Assembly: GCA_027485415.1 (NCBI GenBank)
Contig: JAIXRC010000031.1
Location: forward strand, 4,084 to 68,083
DNA from: Cryomorphaceae bacterium
GTDB taxonomy: Bacteria; Bacteroidota; Bacteroidia; Flavobacteriales_D; Crocinitomicaceae
Direction of reading: 5' to 3'
DNA: 64,000 bases
Position numbers and translations under genes: made by a program
Shown: positions 9,221 through 19,703 of the stretch, piece by piece
Position numbering within the stretch: position 1 is the stretch's first letter
Layout of the letters: each line of letters starts with the position of its first letter
Notes under the pieces: generated by a model
What the model was told of the DNA's origin: nothing
Database searches by the model: none
The model's input: only the letters and a program-made list of their open reading frames with translations

Positions 9221-10493
9221 TTGGAACGTAATTTCGGTTCGTTGCCCCAACGTAAATCTGACGAGGACGTCCGATGGGTTCTTTGTTTTCGGTCATTTCT
9301 TTCCACTGAGCGATCCATCCTGGTAAGCGACCCAAAGCAAACATTACCGTAAACATATCAGTTGGGATTCCGATTGCTTTGTAGATGATCCCTGAATAAA
9401 AATCAACGTTTGGATACAAATTACGTGCTTTGAAATATTCATCCTCTAAAGCCACTTTTTCTAATTTCTTCGCAATGTCCAACAAAGGATCGTTCACCCC
9501 TAATTTGGAGAGCACGTCGTCACAAGCCTTTTTAATGATGGTAGCCCTCGGGTCGAAATTTTTGTATACGCGGTGACCAAAGCCCATTAAACGGAACGGA
9601 TCTTCTTTGTCTTTTGCTTTGGCAACCCACTTGTCGACATCTCCACCATCTGCAGCGATTTGCTCTAACATTTCTATAACTTCTTGGTTCGCTCCACCGT
9701 GCAATGGTCCCCAAAGGGCTGAAATACCAGCAGAAACCGTTGAATAAAGGTTAGCATTCGAAGAACCTACAATTCGAACTGTAGATGTGGAACAGTTTTG
9801 TTCATGATCCGCATGTAGAATTAACAAGGTATTCAAGGCCGAAACAATCACTGGATCAACGGAATACTCTTCCGTTGGCATGGCAAACATCATGTACAAG
9901 AAATTTTTCACGTAATCGTAATCGTTTCTCGGGTACATGAAAGGGTGACTCGTCGAGTTCTTGTAGGACCAAGCCGCAAGCGTCGGTAATTTCGCAATTA
10001 ATCGGTGAACGGTGAGATTCTTTTTCTCAGCACTACGGTTAGGATCCAATGATTCAGGATAAAACGTTGAGAGCGAGGAAATCATGGAGGAAAGAACTCC
10101 CATTGGATGAGCTTTCGCTGGGTATGCCTCAAAGAAACGCTTCATGTCCTCATGGACCAAGGTATGCTTTTTAATGCTGTTTTCGAAAGCATCCAATTCG
10201 CTTTGTTTTGGTAAATCTCCATAAATCAACAAATACGCAACTTCCAAGAAAGTCGCTTTTTCCGCCAATTGTTCGATAGGATATCCTCGGTAATGTAAAA
10301 TCCCTTCTTCACCGTCCAAAAACGTGATAGCACTTTTTGTAGCGCCCGTATTCTTGTAACCAGTATCAAGGGTTACGTAGCCCGATAAATCCCTCAATTT
10401 TGAGATATCAATGGCTTTTTCATTTTCTGTTCCTACAACTACGGGAAGTTCGTATACTTTACCGTCTAATTCGATTTTGGCAGTTTCGCTCAT
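9207..10493 (-). CDS. gltA: Citrate synthase
   Basis: 428-aa ORF with the citrate synthase signature GFGHRVYKNFDPR, plus HADHEQNCSTSTVR and LHGGANQ motifs. Confidence 0.95.
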   Translation of the reverse strand: MSETAKIELDGKVYELPVVVGTENEKAIDISKLRDLSGYVTLDTGYKNTGATKSAITFLDGEEGILHYRGYPIEQLAEKATFLEVAYLLIYGDLPKQSELDAFENSIKKHTLVHEDMKRFFEAYPAKAHPMGVLSSMISSLSTFYPESLDPNRSAEKKNLTVHRLIAKLPTLAAWSYKNSTSHPFMYPRNDYDYVKNFLYMMFAMPTEEYSVDPVIVSALNTLLILHADHEQNCSTSTVRIVGSSNANLYSTVSAGISALWGPLHGGANQEVIEMLEQIAADGGDVDKWVAKAKDKEDPFRLMGFGHRVYKNFDPRATIIKKACDDVLSKLGVNDPLLDIAKKLEKVALEDEYFKARNLYPNVDFYSGIIYKAIGIPTDMFTVMFALGRLPGWIAQWKEMTENKEPIGRPRQIYVGATNRNYVPISER

Positions 10494-10606
10494 GTTTTTT
10501 TTCTAGTTCAAAAATTTGTCCGCCTAATTTAGTGAAGAAATTTGGGATGCACCTATAAATTAAAGTAAAAGCATCACTTTTTTTTTCCCTCGGCCCTTGA
10601 GGCTCG

Positions 10607-12769
10607 TTACAAATTCTTTAAAATATAATCGTACATCATTGAAAATAAGTGATTTCGGGTGTTTCCGCCATAAATTCCATGATTTTTATTCGGATAGGCA
10701 AAAAAGTCAAATTGTTTATTCGCTTTTACCAAGGCTGTAACCATGTTCGCACTGTTTTGAAAATGCACGTTATCGTCCGCCATTCCATGAATCAATAGAA
10801 ACTTACCTGTCAACTTATCCACGTGGTTGATCGGAGAATTATCGTCGTAACCTTTCGGGTTTTCTTGAGGAGTTCTCATAAATCGCTCCGTGTAAATGTT
10901 GTCATAATACCTCCAATTTGTCACGGGAGCAACTGCAATGCCCATTTTGAAGACGTCAGCCCCTTTGGTCATGGCCAAAGAGGACATGAACCCACCGTAA
11001 CTCCAACCCATTATGCCTATGCGATTCGCATCAACATAAGGTAGCTTTTGAAAATATTTTGCCGCTCCAATGAAATCCTCCACTTCTAATTTTCCCAACT
11101 GCAAATAGGTTGCTTTCTTGAATCCCGCACCACGGTACTGCGTTCCCCTCGGATCCACACTGACCACGATATATCCTTTCGAAGCAAGGAGTTGATGAAA
11201 CATGAAATCGTTACCATCCCATTGGTTCGTAACCTCGTTGTGCCCAGGACCGCCATAAACATTCATGTAAACAGGGTATTCGTTGGACTGATCAAAATAA
11301 GGAGGTAGGATTACGGAGGCGTTCAACTTAACCCCATTGACCTCTAAGGTTTGAAAGGTTTTCTTGCTCAAATTCAGCTTAGATAATTTGGATTTTAAGT
11401 CATTATTATCCTCTAATAATTTAATGAGTTTTCCTTCTCCATCGTACAGCGAATAAACAGGAGGAGTATTCGCTTCGGAAAATACGCCCACATAATATTT
11501 CATTCCTTGGGTAAAGTTCGCATCCGTCCAACCTTCCATGGGCGATAAAACCTTGACTTCTTTTGAGGGAATATGGATGCGGCAAAGTACTTTTGAAATT
11601 CCAGACTGTCCGGAGCGGGTATAATAAAAGTGGGCCCCGTCTTGACTCACCCCATAGGCATCGATTATGTCCAATTCACCACTGGTGATGGAGTTAAAGT
11701 TGCCGGTGTAATCCAAAGCATATAATTGATTGTACCCTGATTTTTCAGAGGTTAAGTAGAAACCTTCTCCTTTGGGCATAAAATGCAACGCTTCGTTGAC
11801 ATCCACATAGGAGGAGCTAACATCGGTATAAAGTATCGAATGAAGCGGTTTCTTTCCACTAAAATCTACCATGTGGTATGTGAGGCTATCTTGATGGCGG
11901 TTCATGGTCTGAAGAATCAATCGATTGGATACGTTGGACCATTGAATCCGAGGGATGTATTCGTAAAATCCAAGGTTTATAGCATTGATTTTTTTAGGAT
12001 TGGATACGTTGACCCAATGAGCGCTTACTTTTGAATTTTCCTCCCCCGCTTTGGGATACTTGAATTCATAGCGATCCGGATATAATTCACCGTACATATC
12101 CATGCCAAATTCTTTTACTTTCTTTTCCACAAACTTTAAAAAAGCCAAGTACTTCGAATCAGGCGACCAACTGTAGGCTTTGGTAATGGAAAATTCTTCT
12201 TCATAAACCCAATCCGTGGTACCGTTAATGATTTTATTGCGCTTTCCATCGGTTGTAATTGGCGTAATTTTTTGGGACGCAATATCTTTTACGTACAAAT
12301 CATTCTTGTAGATGAACGATACTTTTTTGCCATCGGGAGAATATTCGGCTAAGGTTTGCGGGCTGTATTCCTCCGATAAAGGTTCCAAGGATCGGGAGTC
12401 CAAGTCGTATAGAAAAAAAACGGCGCTGTAACTTCTTCGATAAATGGGAGTAATCGATGTCATAAGGAGGATCTTTCGTTCGGACTCATCAAAACGGTAA
12501 TCCTCGACAGCGAACTCTTTTCCTCGATACTTGAGATCCTTCGCTTTAAGAAGGATTATAGGAGCCTCGTTTGGCTTTGAAATGTAGGATAGGGTTAAGT
12601 TTCCATCTTGGTCCAATTGCGTGTAACGATCCCCGTCTTTTAGAGTATTGAAACCGTCCACCCCTAAGGAGCGGTATTCAAATTTTTTCCAAATTTTTTC
12701 AACCGTAATTTCTTGAGCAAAAACCGGCACAGAAAGAAGAAAAATCGCAAGGATCTTAATGTATCTCAT
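10607..12769 (-). CDS. Dipeptidyl-peptidase IV (S9B prolyl oligopeptidase family)
   Basis: 720-aa ORF with signal peptide. N-terminal DPP-IV beta-propeller region (DWVYEEEF). Catalytic GWSYGG serine motif, HGMADDNVH (Asp) and NKNHGI (His). Confidence 0.9.
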   Translation of the reverse strand: MRYIKILAIFLLSVPVFAQEITVEKIWKKFEYRSLGVDGFNTLKDGDRYTQLDQDGNLTLSYISKPNEAPIILLKAKDLKYRGKEFAVEDYRFDESERKILLMTSITPIYRRSYSAVFFLYDLDSRSLEPLSEEYSPQTLAEYSPDGKKVSFIYKNDLYVKDIASQKITPITTDGKRNKIINGTTDWVYEEEFSITKAYSWSPDSKYLAFLKFVEKKVKEFGMDMYGELYPDRYEFKYPKAGEENSKVSAHWVNVSNPKKINAINLGFYEYIPRIQWSNVSNRLILQTMNRHQDSLTYHMVDFSGKKPLHSILYTDVSSSYVDVNEALHFMPKGEGFYLTSEKSGYNQLYALDYTGNFNSITSGELDIIDAYGVSQDGAHFYYTRSGQSGISKVLCRIHIPSKEVKVLSPMEGWTDANFTQGMKYYVGVFSEANTPPVYSLYDGEGKLIKLLEDNNDLKSKLSKLNLSKKTFQTLEVNGVKLNASVILPPYFDQSNEYPVYMNVYGGPGHNEVTNQWDGNDFMFHQLLASKGYIVVSVDPRGTQYRGAGFKKATYLQLGKLEVEDFIGAAKYFQKLPYVDANRIGIMGWSYGGFMSSLAMTKGADVFKMGIAVAPVTNWRYYDNIYTERFMRTPQENPKGYDDNSPINHVDKLTGKFLLIHGMADDNVHFQNSANMVTALVKANKQFDFFAYPNKNHGIYGGNTRNHLFSMMYDYILKNL

Positions 12770-12866
12770 GGTAAAATTTTCTTGCTAAAATAGCATTTTT
12801 ACCAAGATTGTTGAAATTAACGTTAAGGTAACCTACTGAAGAAGACTTTATTCCAAAAATTCCCAT

Positions 12867-12874
12867 TATTTTTG
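12867..12874 (+). promoter_or_regulatory. Bacteroidota -7 promoter motif TAttTTTG upstream of the LTD gene
   Basis: Exact TAnnTTTG match, 16 nt upstream of the ATG at 12891. Confidence 0.5.
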
Positions 12875-12890
12875 TTCAAAATTTGAATGC

Positions 12891-13949
12891 ATGAAACAAC
12901 TTTTTACCTTATTTCTCCTCTGTGCAACGGCTATTGCCACTGCGCAAAGCAATTGTTCTGATCTATTCATTTCTGAATACGTTGAAGGTTGGTCTAACAA
13001 TAAAGCCCTTGAGATTTATAACCCAACGAACCAGCCCATTAACTTGAGTGGTTATTTTGTTGTACGATATTCCAACGGTTCTTCCTCTGCAACCGTCGCC
13101 AACGCAGTACAATTGTCTGGAACAATAGGTGCTCACGATGTTTACGTTGCAGTGCTTGAAAAATTAGATACTGCTGGAACAGGTCAAGAGGCTCCTATTT
13201 GGGATTCGTTGCAAGTAAAGGCTGACGGATTTTATTGCCCTGTTTATAATACTTCGAATGCCTTTTATTGGAATGGCAACGATGCCGTGGTGCTTGCAAA
13301 GGGAACCTTACCTGCGAACCCTTCTGCCGTTATCAGCCCTGCAAACGTTCCTGGCTTTGCCTTGGTGGACATTTTCGGGAAAATTGGTGAAAACCCTGCC
13401 AACTCCACAGGTTCATCTGCCGGAAACGACGGAGCTTGGTCCACCACCTTTCCATACAACAACGGTCAAGGCGTATTGGTAACCAAAGACCACTCCATGT
13501 TACGCAAAGGCAGCATTCAAAAAGGCGTAACAACGCAGGTTGCGTTTTTCGACCCCTTGTTAGAATGGGATACCATTCCAGCGGTGATTGTTCGCTTAGA
13601 TCAAAACGGAGATACGCTTTTTGGGCAGAGCGGAAATCCAATTCTTGATGGTAATTGGAACTCGCTTGGAACGCATGAATGCCAATGCAATCCTGCCTCT
13701 ACTCAAACCCTTGAAGATATAAATTACTCGATTTATCCTAATCCTTCCTCCGGCACGTTCTACATTAACAATGCTACCGCGGTCAAAAGGCTTCAAGTAT
13801 TGGATATTTTCGGTAAAACGATTCTAACCAAGGAAGTTCATAAACAAAAAACAATTTCCGTCGATATCGATGAGCCAAGGGGAGTGTATTTCATGAAAAT
13901 CACCACCAAGGATGGTCATACCGACACTCGAAAAATCATTATTCGATAA
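12891..13949 (+). CDS. Lamin-tail-domain (LTD) protein with T9SS type A sorting domain
   Basis: 352-aa ORF with signal peptide. CSDLFISEYVEGWSNNKALEIYNPTNQPINLSGY is the LTD motif seen at the N-terminus of ExeM/NucH-type extracellular nucleases. C-terminal IYPNPSSGTFYI...GVYFMKITTKDGH is a T9SS CTD. Confidence 0.8.
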   Translation: MKQLFTLFLLCATAIATAQSNCSDLFISEYVEGWSNNKALEIYNPTNQPINLSGYFVVRYSNGSSSATVANAVQLSGTIGAHDVYVAVLEKLDTAGTGQEAPIWDSLQVKADGFYCPVYNTSNAFYWNGNDAVVLAKGTLPANPSAVISPANVPGFALVDIFGKIGENPANSTGSSAGNDGAWSTTFPYNNGQGVLVTKDHSMLRKGSIQKGVTTQVAFFDPLLEWDTIPAVIVRLDQNGDTLFGQSGNPILDGNWNSLGTHECQCNPASTQTLEDINYSIYPNPSSGTFYINNATAVKRLQVLDIFGKTILTKEVHKQKTISVDIDEPRGVYFMKITTKDGHTDTRKIIIR

Positions 13950-13956
13950 CTTACAT

Positions 13957-13981
13957 TCCCGCTAAGGCGGGATTTTTTTTT
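13957..13981 (+). terminator. Rho-independent terminator-like hairpin after the LTD gene
   Basis: cccgc-taag-gcggg stem-loop followed by a run of nine T. Lies 4 nt before the next start codon, so read-through is likely partial. Confidence 0.6.
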
Positions 13982-13984
13982 ACC

Positions 13985-16729
13985 ATGCGCTTACCATTTA
14001 TCCTAACGATTGTCTTATTTGGCCATTCGTTACTTGCACAAAAAGGTCAATTATCTGGGGTTATTTCCGAAGGGGCCTCCGGGCAAACTGTTGGCGGGGC
14101 CAAAATCGAGGTTAAATCAAGAAATACGGGCGCCGTAGTAAATCGCATGCTCTCCGAAAACAACGGTTCATACACGGTTCAGAACCTTCCCTATGGCGAT
14201 TATCGCATCACGGTTACGATGATTTCATTCGATACCGTTGTGCGAGACTTTAAACTGAACAAAGCGGAACTGGTGCTTAACCTCAACATGGCTGGAAGCC
14301 TAGAATTTGATGAAGTCAGGGTAATTGGTAACATCGTAAAGGACGGTCCAGTTCCCATTGCCGTTACGAAAATAAGCACCAAAAAAATACAAGAAGAATT
14401 AGGTTCAAGGGATTTGCCGATGTTGTTGAATGGAACAGCAGGCGTTTATGCCACCCAGTCAGGCGGTGGTGACGGTGACGCGCGCATCAATGTTCGGGGA
14501 TTTGACCAGCGCAACGTGGGAGTTATGATCGATGGAGTTCCTGTGAACGACATGGAAAACGGTTGGGTTTATTGGTCGAATTGGTTTGGTCTGGATGCCA
14601 TCACTTCTACCATGCAAGTTCAGCGAGGATTAGGTGCCACGAAAATTGCCATGCCCTCCGTCGGTGGTACCATCAACATCCTCACCCAAGGAATTGGCAA
14701 CAAAAAAGGAGGAAGTTTAAAGCAAGAATACGGTACCGGCAACATGATGCGAACGACTGCCTCTTACAACACAGGCATACTGAAAGGAGGATGGGGACTA
14801 ACCGCGGCACTCTCTTACAAGCAAGCAACAGGATGGGTGGAAGGAACACCCAGCCAAGGCTTTTTCGGTTATCTAAAAGTCTCGAAACAATTTGACCAAC
14901 ATTTACTCACCCTTTCCGCTTTTGCTGCTCCACAACAACACGGACAGCGTTCCTTTAGGCAACCCATTCAATACTGGAGCGAGGAAGAAGCACGGAACAA
15001 TGGAGCAACCATCGACACGAATGCAATTTTCAGTGATATGGGCCTACGCTACAACCAGCACTGGGGTTATAGAACCGTCAACGGAAAGGAAGAAGTCGTT
15101 TCTGAGCGCTTGAACTATTACAACAAACCGCAATTCACCCTGAAAGATTTTTGGAAGGTCAGTAAGAAATTGTCTATTTCGAACCTTGCTTATGCCTCCA
15201 TTGGACGTGGTGGAGGAACAGCGTTATTCAACTCATCGGCGATCATTCGTGACTCCAATAATTTGATTGATTGGGACACCATGACTTATTTCAACCAATA
15301 CAACCCGCTCTTTGGCACCCCCAACATCGACGCTCAATATTCTCCCACCGAAATTAAAAGTTCGCAAATCCTGTTATCCAGCGTGAACAACCACTTTTGG
15401 GTGGGATATTTAGGTCAAGTGAATTATGAGGTCAAGAAAGGATTCGAGTTTTCTGCCGGATTGGACGCTCGTTATTACCGAGGGTCGCATTATCAGGAAG
15501 TGAAGGATTTACTTGGTGGCGACTACTATGTCGATTTATCGGATAAAAATGCGGCAAGTCCCATGAAGCGTGTGGGAGATAAAATCGCGAAGAATCTGTT
15601 CAACGCAAACCGCGATGGCTTAGTGTCTTGGTTCGGGGCATTTTCTCAAGTTTCCTATGAATCCAAAACCGTAAGTGCCTTCGTAAACATAACAGGAATC
15701 GGAAATGGTTATCAAGGAATTGACTATTTCCAAAAACGCGAACTAAATCTTGGAGATACCATTCTACAATTTGGTTACGGCGATACGATTACCTATAACG
15801 GTCAAACCTACCACAGCTATTCTGAAGGTGTAGATTACGTAAAGACTCCGTGGAAATTCATCCCCGGCTTTACCTTTAAAGAGGGAGTATGCGTGAAGCT
15901 TAGCGAATTTTCAAGTGTGTTTTTAAACGTAGGTTATTTGAACCGTACTCCGATGTTTTCCAATGTAATTGACAATAATTACAACAAGTTTTTTGGGGTG
16001 ATTAACAATGAGAAAATCTTAGCAATCGAACAAGGTTTTTCCTATGCATCTCGTACTTTCGGTGTCAATATCAATGCCTATGCGACCAACTGGAAAAACA
16101 AACCATTTCCATATGGTGTAGCCGTTCCAGATCCAAATGACCCTACGGAAACCATTCGTGTAAACATCAACGGCATGGATGCCATCCACTTGGGAGGAGA
16201 AATAGACGTCGCATGGGAAATTCACAAAAAAGTTTCCACGGAATTCATGTTCTCGATGGGTGACTGGTACTGGAATTCATCAAAAACAATCGTCATACCT
16301 CAGTACGATTCCCTCGAATACACCTTCAACGCGGAAGGTGTTGGTGTAGGAGATGCCGCTCAAACAGCTCTCTCGGCAACGGTGCGTTATGAGCCCATCA
16401 AAAACCTGTATTTCAAAGGTCAGTTTCAGTATTTCGACCGCTATTTTTCCGATTTCAATCCCTTCTCGCTGCAAGGAGTTAACGGAGGACGGCAATCTTG
16501 GATCATGCCTTCGTATTCCTTGGTTAATTTTTACGCAGGATACCGGTTCAAAATTGGCGAAGACGCTTTAAACCTTTCCGCCAACATCATTAACCTATTG
16601 AACACCGTGTTTATCTCGGACGCTACGAATAACAACAACGGCAACAATCAGAACTTTGACGCAACTTCCGCTTCGGTCATGTTTGGTCAGGGCTTGCGAT
16701 TTAATGTATCTTTATCCTATCAATTTTAA
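13985..16729 (+). CDS. TonB-dependent receptor with N-terminal carboxypeptidase-regulatory-like domain (no SusD partner)
   Basis: 914-aa ORF with signal peptide. CarbopepD_reg-like region (GVISEGASGQTVGGAKIEVKS...YGDYRITV). Plug-like region (RVIGN...INVRGFDQRNVGVMIDGVPVND). Long beta-barrel ending in the terminal aromatic LSYQF. Confidence 0.85.
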   Translation: MRLPFILTIVLFGHSLLAQKGQLSGVISEGASGQTVGGAKIEVKSRNTGAVVNRMLSENNGSYTVQNLPYGDYRITVTMISFDTVVRDFKLNKAELVLNLNMAGSLEFDEVRVIGNIVKDGPVPIAVTKISTKKIQEELGSRDLPMLLNGTAGVYATQSGGGDGDARINVRGFDQRNVGVMIDGVPVNDMENGWVYWSNWFGLDAITSTMQVQRGLGATKIAMPSVGGTINILTQGIGNKKGGSLKQEYGTGNMMRTTASYNTGILKGGWGLTAALSYKQATGWVEGTPSQGFFGYLKVSKQFDQHLLTLSAFAAPQQHGQRSFRQPIQYWSEEEARNNGATIDTNAIFSDMGLRYNQHWGYRTVNGKEEVVSERLNYYNKPQFTLKDFWKVSKKLSISNLAYASIGRGGGTALFNSSAIIRDSNNLIDWDTMTYFNQYNPLFGTPNIDAQYSPTEIKSSQILLSSVNNHFWVGYLGQVNYEVKKGFEFSAGLDARYYRGSHYQEVKDLLGGDYYVDLSDKNAASPMKRVGDKIAKNLFNANRDGLVSWFGAFSQVSYESKTVSAFVNITGIGNGYQGIDYFQKRELNLGDTILQFGYGDTITYNGQTYHSYSEGVDYVKTPWKFIPGFTFKEGVCVKLSEFSSVFLNVGYLNRTPMFSNVIDNNYNKFFGVINNEKILAIEQGFSYASRTFGVNINAYATNWKNKPFPYGVAVPDPNDPTETIRVNINGMDAIHLGGEIDVAWEIHKKVSTEFMFSMGDWYWNSSKTIVIPQYDSLEYTFNAEGVGVGDAAQTALSATVRYEPIKNLYFKGQFQYFDRYFSDFNPFSLQGVNGGRQSWIMPSYSLVNFYAGYRFKIGEDALNLSANIINLLNTVFISDATNNNNGNNQNFDATSASVMFGQGLRFNVSLSYQF

Positions 16730-16731
16730 GT

Positions 16732-18999
16732 ATGAAACGAATTTTTACCCTCCTTGGAATCGCCACTAGCTTCGCATTTTCCTCTCAAACCATTCAGCAA
16801 GTGCGCAACATGTCCGTAGGAGCAACCGTTACCGTTCGAGGTGTGGTTTCTAACGGATCTGAACTCGGTGCCATTCGCTACCTGCAAGACGGAACGGCGG
16901 GAATTGCCTGCTACGGAAATAATTTGAGCAGTTTAACCACCGGTGACTCGGTTACGGCTACAGGGGTTTTGTTTGACTTCAGCGGATTATTGGAACTGTC
17001 TCCTACCAACAGTTTCACCGACCATGGCCCTGTTACTCCAAACGTACCTCAAGTCATTCCGATTACCAGTGCGGGGGAAGCATTGGAATCTCAACTGATT
17101 CGCATCGAGAACGTAACGTTTGTTCAAAGTGGAAATTTTGCAGGAGGCAACAGCACGGTACAAATCACCAACGGTGCAAACACCTTGGACGTTCGAATCA
17201 ACGGATCCACCAACATTGACGGAACCGCAATACCTGCAGGACCGGTAACGATTACGGGCCTAATGGGTCAGTTCAACGCGAACTATCAGGTTGTTCCGCG
17301 CAGTTTGGCAGACATTGTTCCTTACGTTGCACCTGCACGCGAAATCAATGTGAAAATCAACGGAACCACCGCTTTGAATAATACAACTTATGTTATCGGT
17401 AATACCGCTAACAATGTCATCACCATCGAAAACAGCGGGGTACAAACACTTACGGTAACAGGAACCTCCATTACAGGTGCCAATGCTGCCGATTACACTA
17501 CCAACCTGAATGCGACCACCGTTGCTGGATTGGGTTCCGGTAATTTTACCCTAACCTTTGCTCCTACTGGAAATGGTACACGCACTGCTACCCTAAGCAT
17601 CGCCAACGATGACAGCGATGAGAATCCTTACGTTATTACTTTATCGGCCGTTGGCCTTGACAACCTGGCCACGGAGCCTACCACAAATGCGAGCAACCTT
17701 ACCTTTTCCAACCTGCAAGCGTATACCTTAACCGGTGCCTACAATGCCGGAAACGGTGCGGAGAAATACTTGGTACTGTGGTCGAAAAACGGACCTGTTT
17801 CCGGATCCCCGATGGACGGAACTTCCTACCAGCGTGGAGATATCATTGGAAACGCAAAAGTAGCCTACAGCGGTAGCTCAACTACCTTTGTTCCTCGAGG
17901 TGTTCGTGCCAATCAACCGTACCACTTTGCCGTTTATGCATTCAACGGACCTGCGGGATTTGAAAACTATAAAACGACCAACCCAGCCATAGGAAATACC
18001 ACAACCACCGGCTTAAATGTTGGCAATTATTATGCGGGAATCAATGCACAAAGCCCCACTTTTTTAGGCGACCTATCGGCCTTAATTAACCCCCACACCT
18101 TCATCAGTTACTTCAATTATAAGCAAACCGTGATGAATCAATTTGAGGTTTCGGATACCACCAACGGTCAATCCTATGTGACTTGCGTTTATACCGGAGA
18201 AAACAAAGTATTTAATGACCCTTTCGATTGGAGCGCAGCCGGTTATTCTCGTGAACATACGTACTGTCACTCATGGATGCCAACCTTTCCTTGCGATAAT
18301 CCGGAAGAACCGGAATATACGGACCAACACAACCTCTACCCTACCAACTTGGCCAATGCCAACTCCTACCGAAGCAACCTACCCTTATTGGAGATCACTG
18401 GGAATGTACTATTTACGTTTCTCGAAGGAAGCGTTGGATATAACGGAAATCAAATGTGCTATGAGCCCAGAGATGCCCAAAAAGGAAATGCAGCCCGATC
18501 GATTTTTTACCAAGCGACCTGTTACAACGGCCAAAATGGATTGAATTGGAGTTTACCTGCCTACCAAGATCAAGAATCTTTGAAAAATTGGCACTTCAAC
18601 GATTTGCCGGATTCCTATGAAATTGCCCGTCAAGAATACATATTCAGCGTTCAAGGAAACCGAAATCCTTACATTGATTCGGTAGAATTCGTTTGCCATG
18701 TCAACTTTGCGAACATGAGTTATTTAGCAGAAAATTGCAACGTAGGTATCGAGGAACAATTGGCAGCGAACTTTTCGGTGTTTCCGGTTCCTAGCCGAAA
18801 CCAGGTCTTTGCACAGGTGAATAACACGAACATTACCGCTTACAGCGTAACAGACCTAAGCGGAAGGGTCATCATGGAATCTTCGAACCTCGAATTGCCG
18901 GTTTTAATCCTTAACGGGGCTCAACTGAACGCCGGAAAGTACCTACTTAGCGTTCAGACTCCTTTTGGAGTCGCTAAAAAAAGCTTTGTAATCGAATAA
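16732..18999 (+). CDS. Extracellular endonuclease I family nuclease with N-terminal OB-like and Ig-like modules and T9SS type A sorting domain
   Basis: 755-aa ORF. Endonuclease I motifs: YSREHTYCHSWMP, TDQHNLYPTNLANANSYRSNLP, KGNAARSIFYQ and QGNRNPYIDS. C-terminal FSVFPVPSRNQVFAQV...GKYLLSVQTPFG is a CTD. Starts 2 nt after the receptor stop. Confidence 0.85.
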   Translation: MKRIFTLLGIATSFAFSSQTIQQVRNMSVGATVTVRGVVSNGSELGAIRYLQDGTAGIACYGNNLSSLTTGDSVTATGVLFDFSGLLELSPTNSFTDHGPVTPNVPQVIPITSAGEALESQLIRIENVTFVQSGNFAGGNSTVQITNGANTLDVRINGSTNIDGTAIPAGPVTITGLMGQFNANYQVVPRSLADIVPYVAPAREINVKINGTTALNNTTYVIGNTANNVITIENSGVQTLTVTGTSITGANAADYTTNLNATTVAGLGSGNFTLTFAPTGNGTRTATLSIANDDSDENPYVITLSAVGLDNLATEPTTNASNLTFSNLQAYTLTGAYNAGNGAEKYLVLWSKNGPVSGSPMDGTSYQRGDIIGNAKVAYSGSSTTFVPRGVRANQPYHFAVYAFNGPAGFENYKTTNPAIGNTTTTGLNVGNYYAGINAQSPTFLGDLSALINPHTFISYFNYKQTVMNQFEVSDTTNGQSYVTCVYTGENKVFNDPFDWSAAGYSREHTYCHSWMPTFPCDNPEEPEYTDQHNLYPTNLANANSYRSNLPLLEITGNVLFTFLEGSVGYNGNQMCYEPRDAQKGNAARSIFYQATCYNGQNGLNWSLPAYQDQESLKNWHFNDLPDSYEIARQEYIFSVQGNRNPYIDSVEFVCHVNFANMSYLAENCNVGIEEQLAANFSVFPVPSRNQVFAQVNNTNITAYSVTDLSGRVIMESSNLELPVLILNGAQLNAGKYLLSVQTPFGVAKKSFVIE

Positions 19000-19703
19000 T
19001 GCGTTTGGTTTTGTTGGCAATTGGGTTGTTCGTGATTGGAGCATGCTCCCACAACATCAGTTTGCACAGCGGAACCAAAAACATGGGTTTAGATCAAAGC
19101 TATGCTTCGAAAGTGGAGATAAGTTCTATGATTCAACCCTATTCCGACAGTTTAAGTGCTGAAATGGGAGAGGTCATCGGCCGAGCCGATACGAGCTTTG
19201 ACTTGGCCTACCCCAACTCGAATTTAATGAATTGGGCGGCAGACGCATTACTGCAACAGGAAACGCAAGCCGTAAAAATGCGAGAACCGGTGGTAGTACT
19301 TCTCAATGCCGGAGGGCTCAGATCAAGCATCAACCGCGGAGAGATTACCGTGGGAGATCTCTACAAGCTCATGCCCTTCGACAATGTGGTGGCTTGGGTT
19401 CGCTTGCCCGTGGAACGAATTTCCGAAATAGAAAAGAACCTGAGCCAACAGGCGAAAGGCGTTGCCTTATCCAATGCGCGCTTTGAAAAAGGCAAGCTAA
19501 CGGTAAGCAACTTGTTACCAGAGCATACCCACATAACCTTCATCACCTCGGATTACCTAGCCTTTGGTGGCGACAAAATGACCTTTTTCCTGCAACCGGA
19601 GTCAGTGAATATTAGCAGACGTAACATGCGGGACGTATTCATTCAAGCGGTGAAACAGCAGGGAACCCTTACAAATCGAACCGAAAAACGCTACATTCCA
19701 TGA
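18999..19703 (+). CDS. 5'-nucleotidase C-terminal (substrate-binding) domain lipoprotein
   Basis: 234-aa ORF. Lipobox-like LFVIGAC. LLNAGGLRSSINRGEITVGDLYKLMPFDNVV and TSDYLAFGGD match the UshA-type C-terminal domain. The ATG overlaps the preceding TAA (TAATG). Confidence 0.75.
   Translation: MRLVLLAIGLFVIGACSHNISLHSGTKNMGLDQSYASKVEISSMIQPYSDSLSAEMGEVIGRADTSFDLAYPNSNLMNWAADALLQQETQAVKMREPVVVLLNAGGLRSSINRGEITVGDLYKLMPFDNVVAWVRLPVERISEIEKNLSQQAKGVALSNARFEKGKLTVSNLLPEHTHITFITSDYLAFGGDKMTFFLQPESVNISRRNMRDVFIQAVKQQGTLTNRTEKRYIP

Noticed and set aside
10540-10606. T-run followed by a ccctcgg...ttgagg weak hairpin, considered as a terminator for the DPP-IV gene
   Set aside because: On the minus (coding) strand, the hairpin would be followed by an A-run rather than a U-run, and the stem is only 4 bp. 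The orientation and strength do not support an intrinsic terminator.
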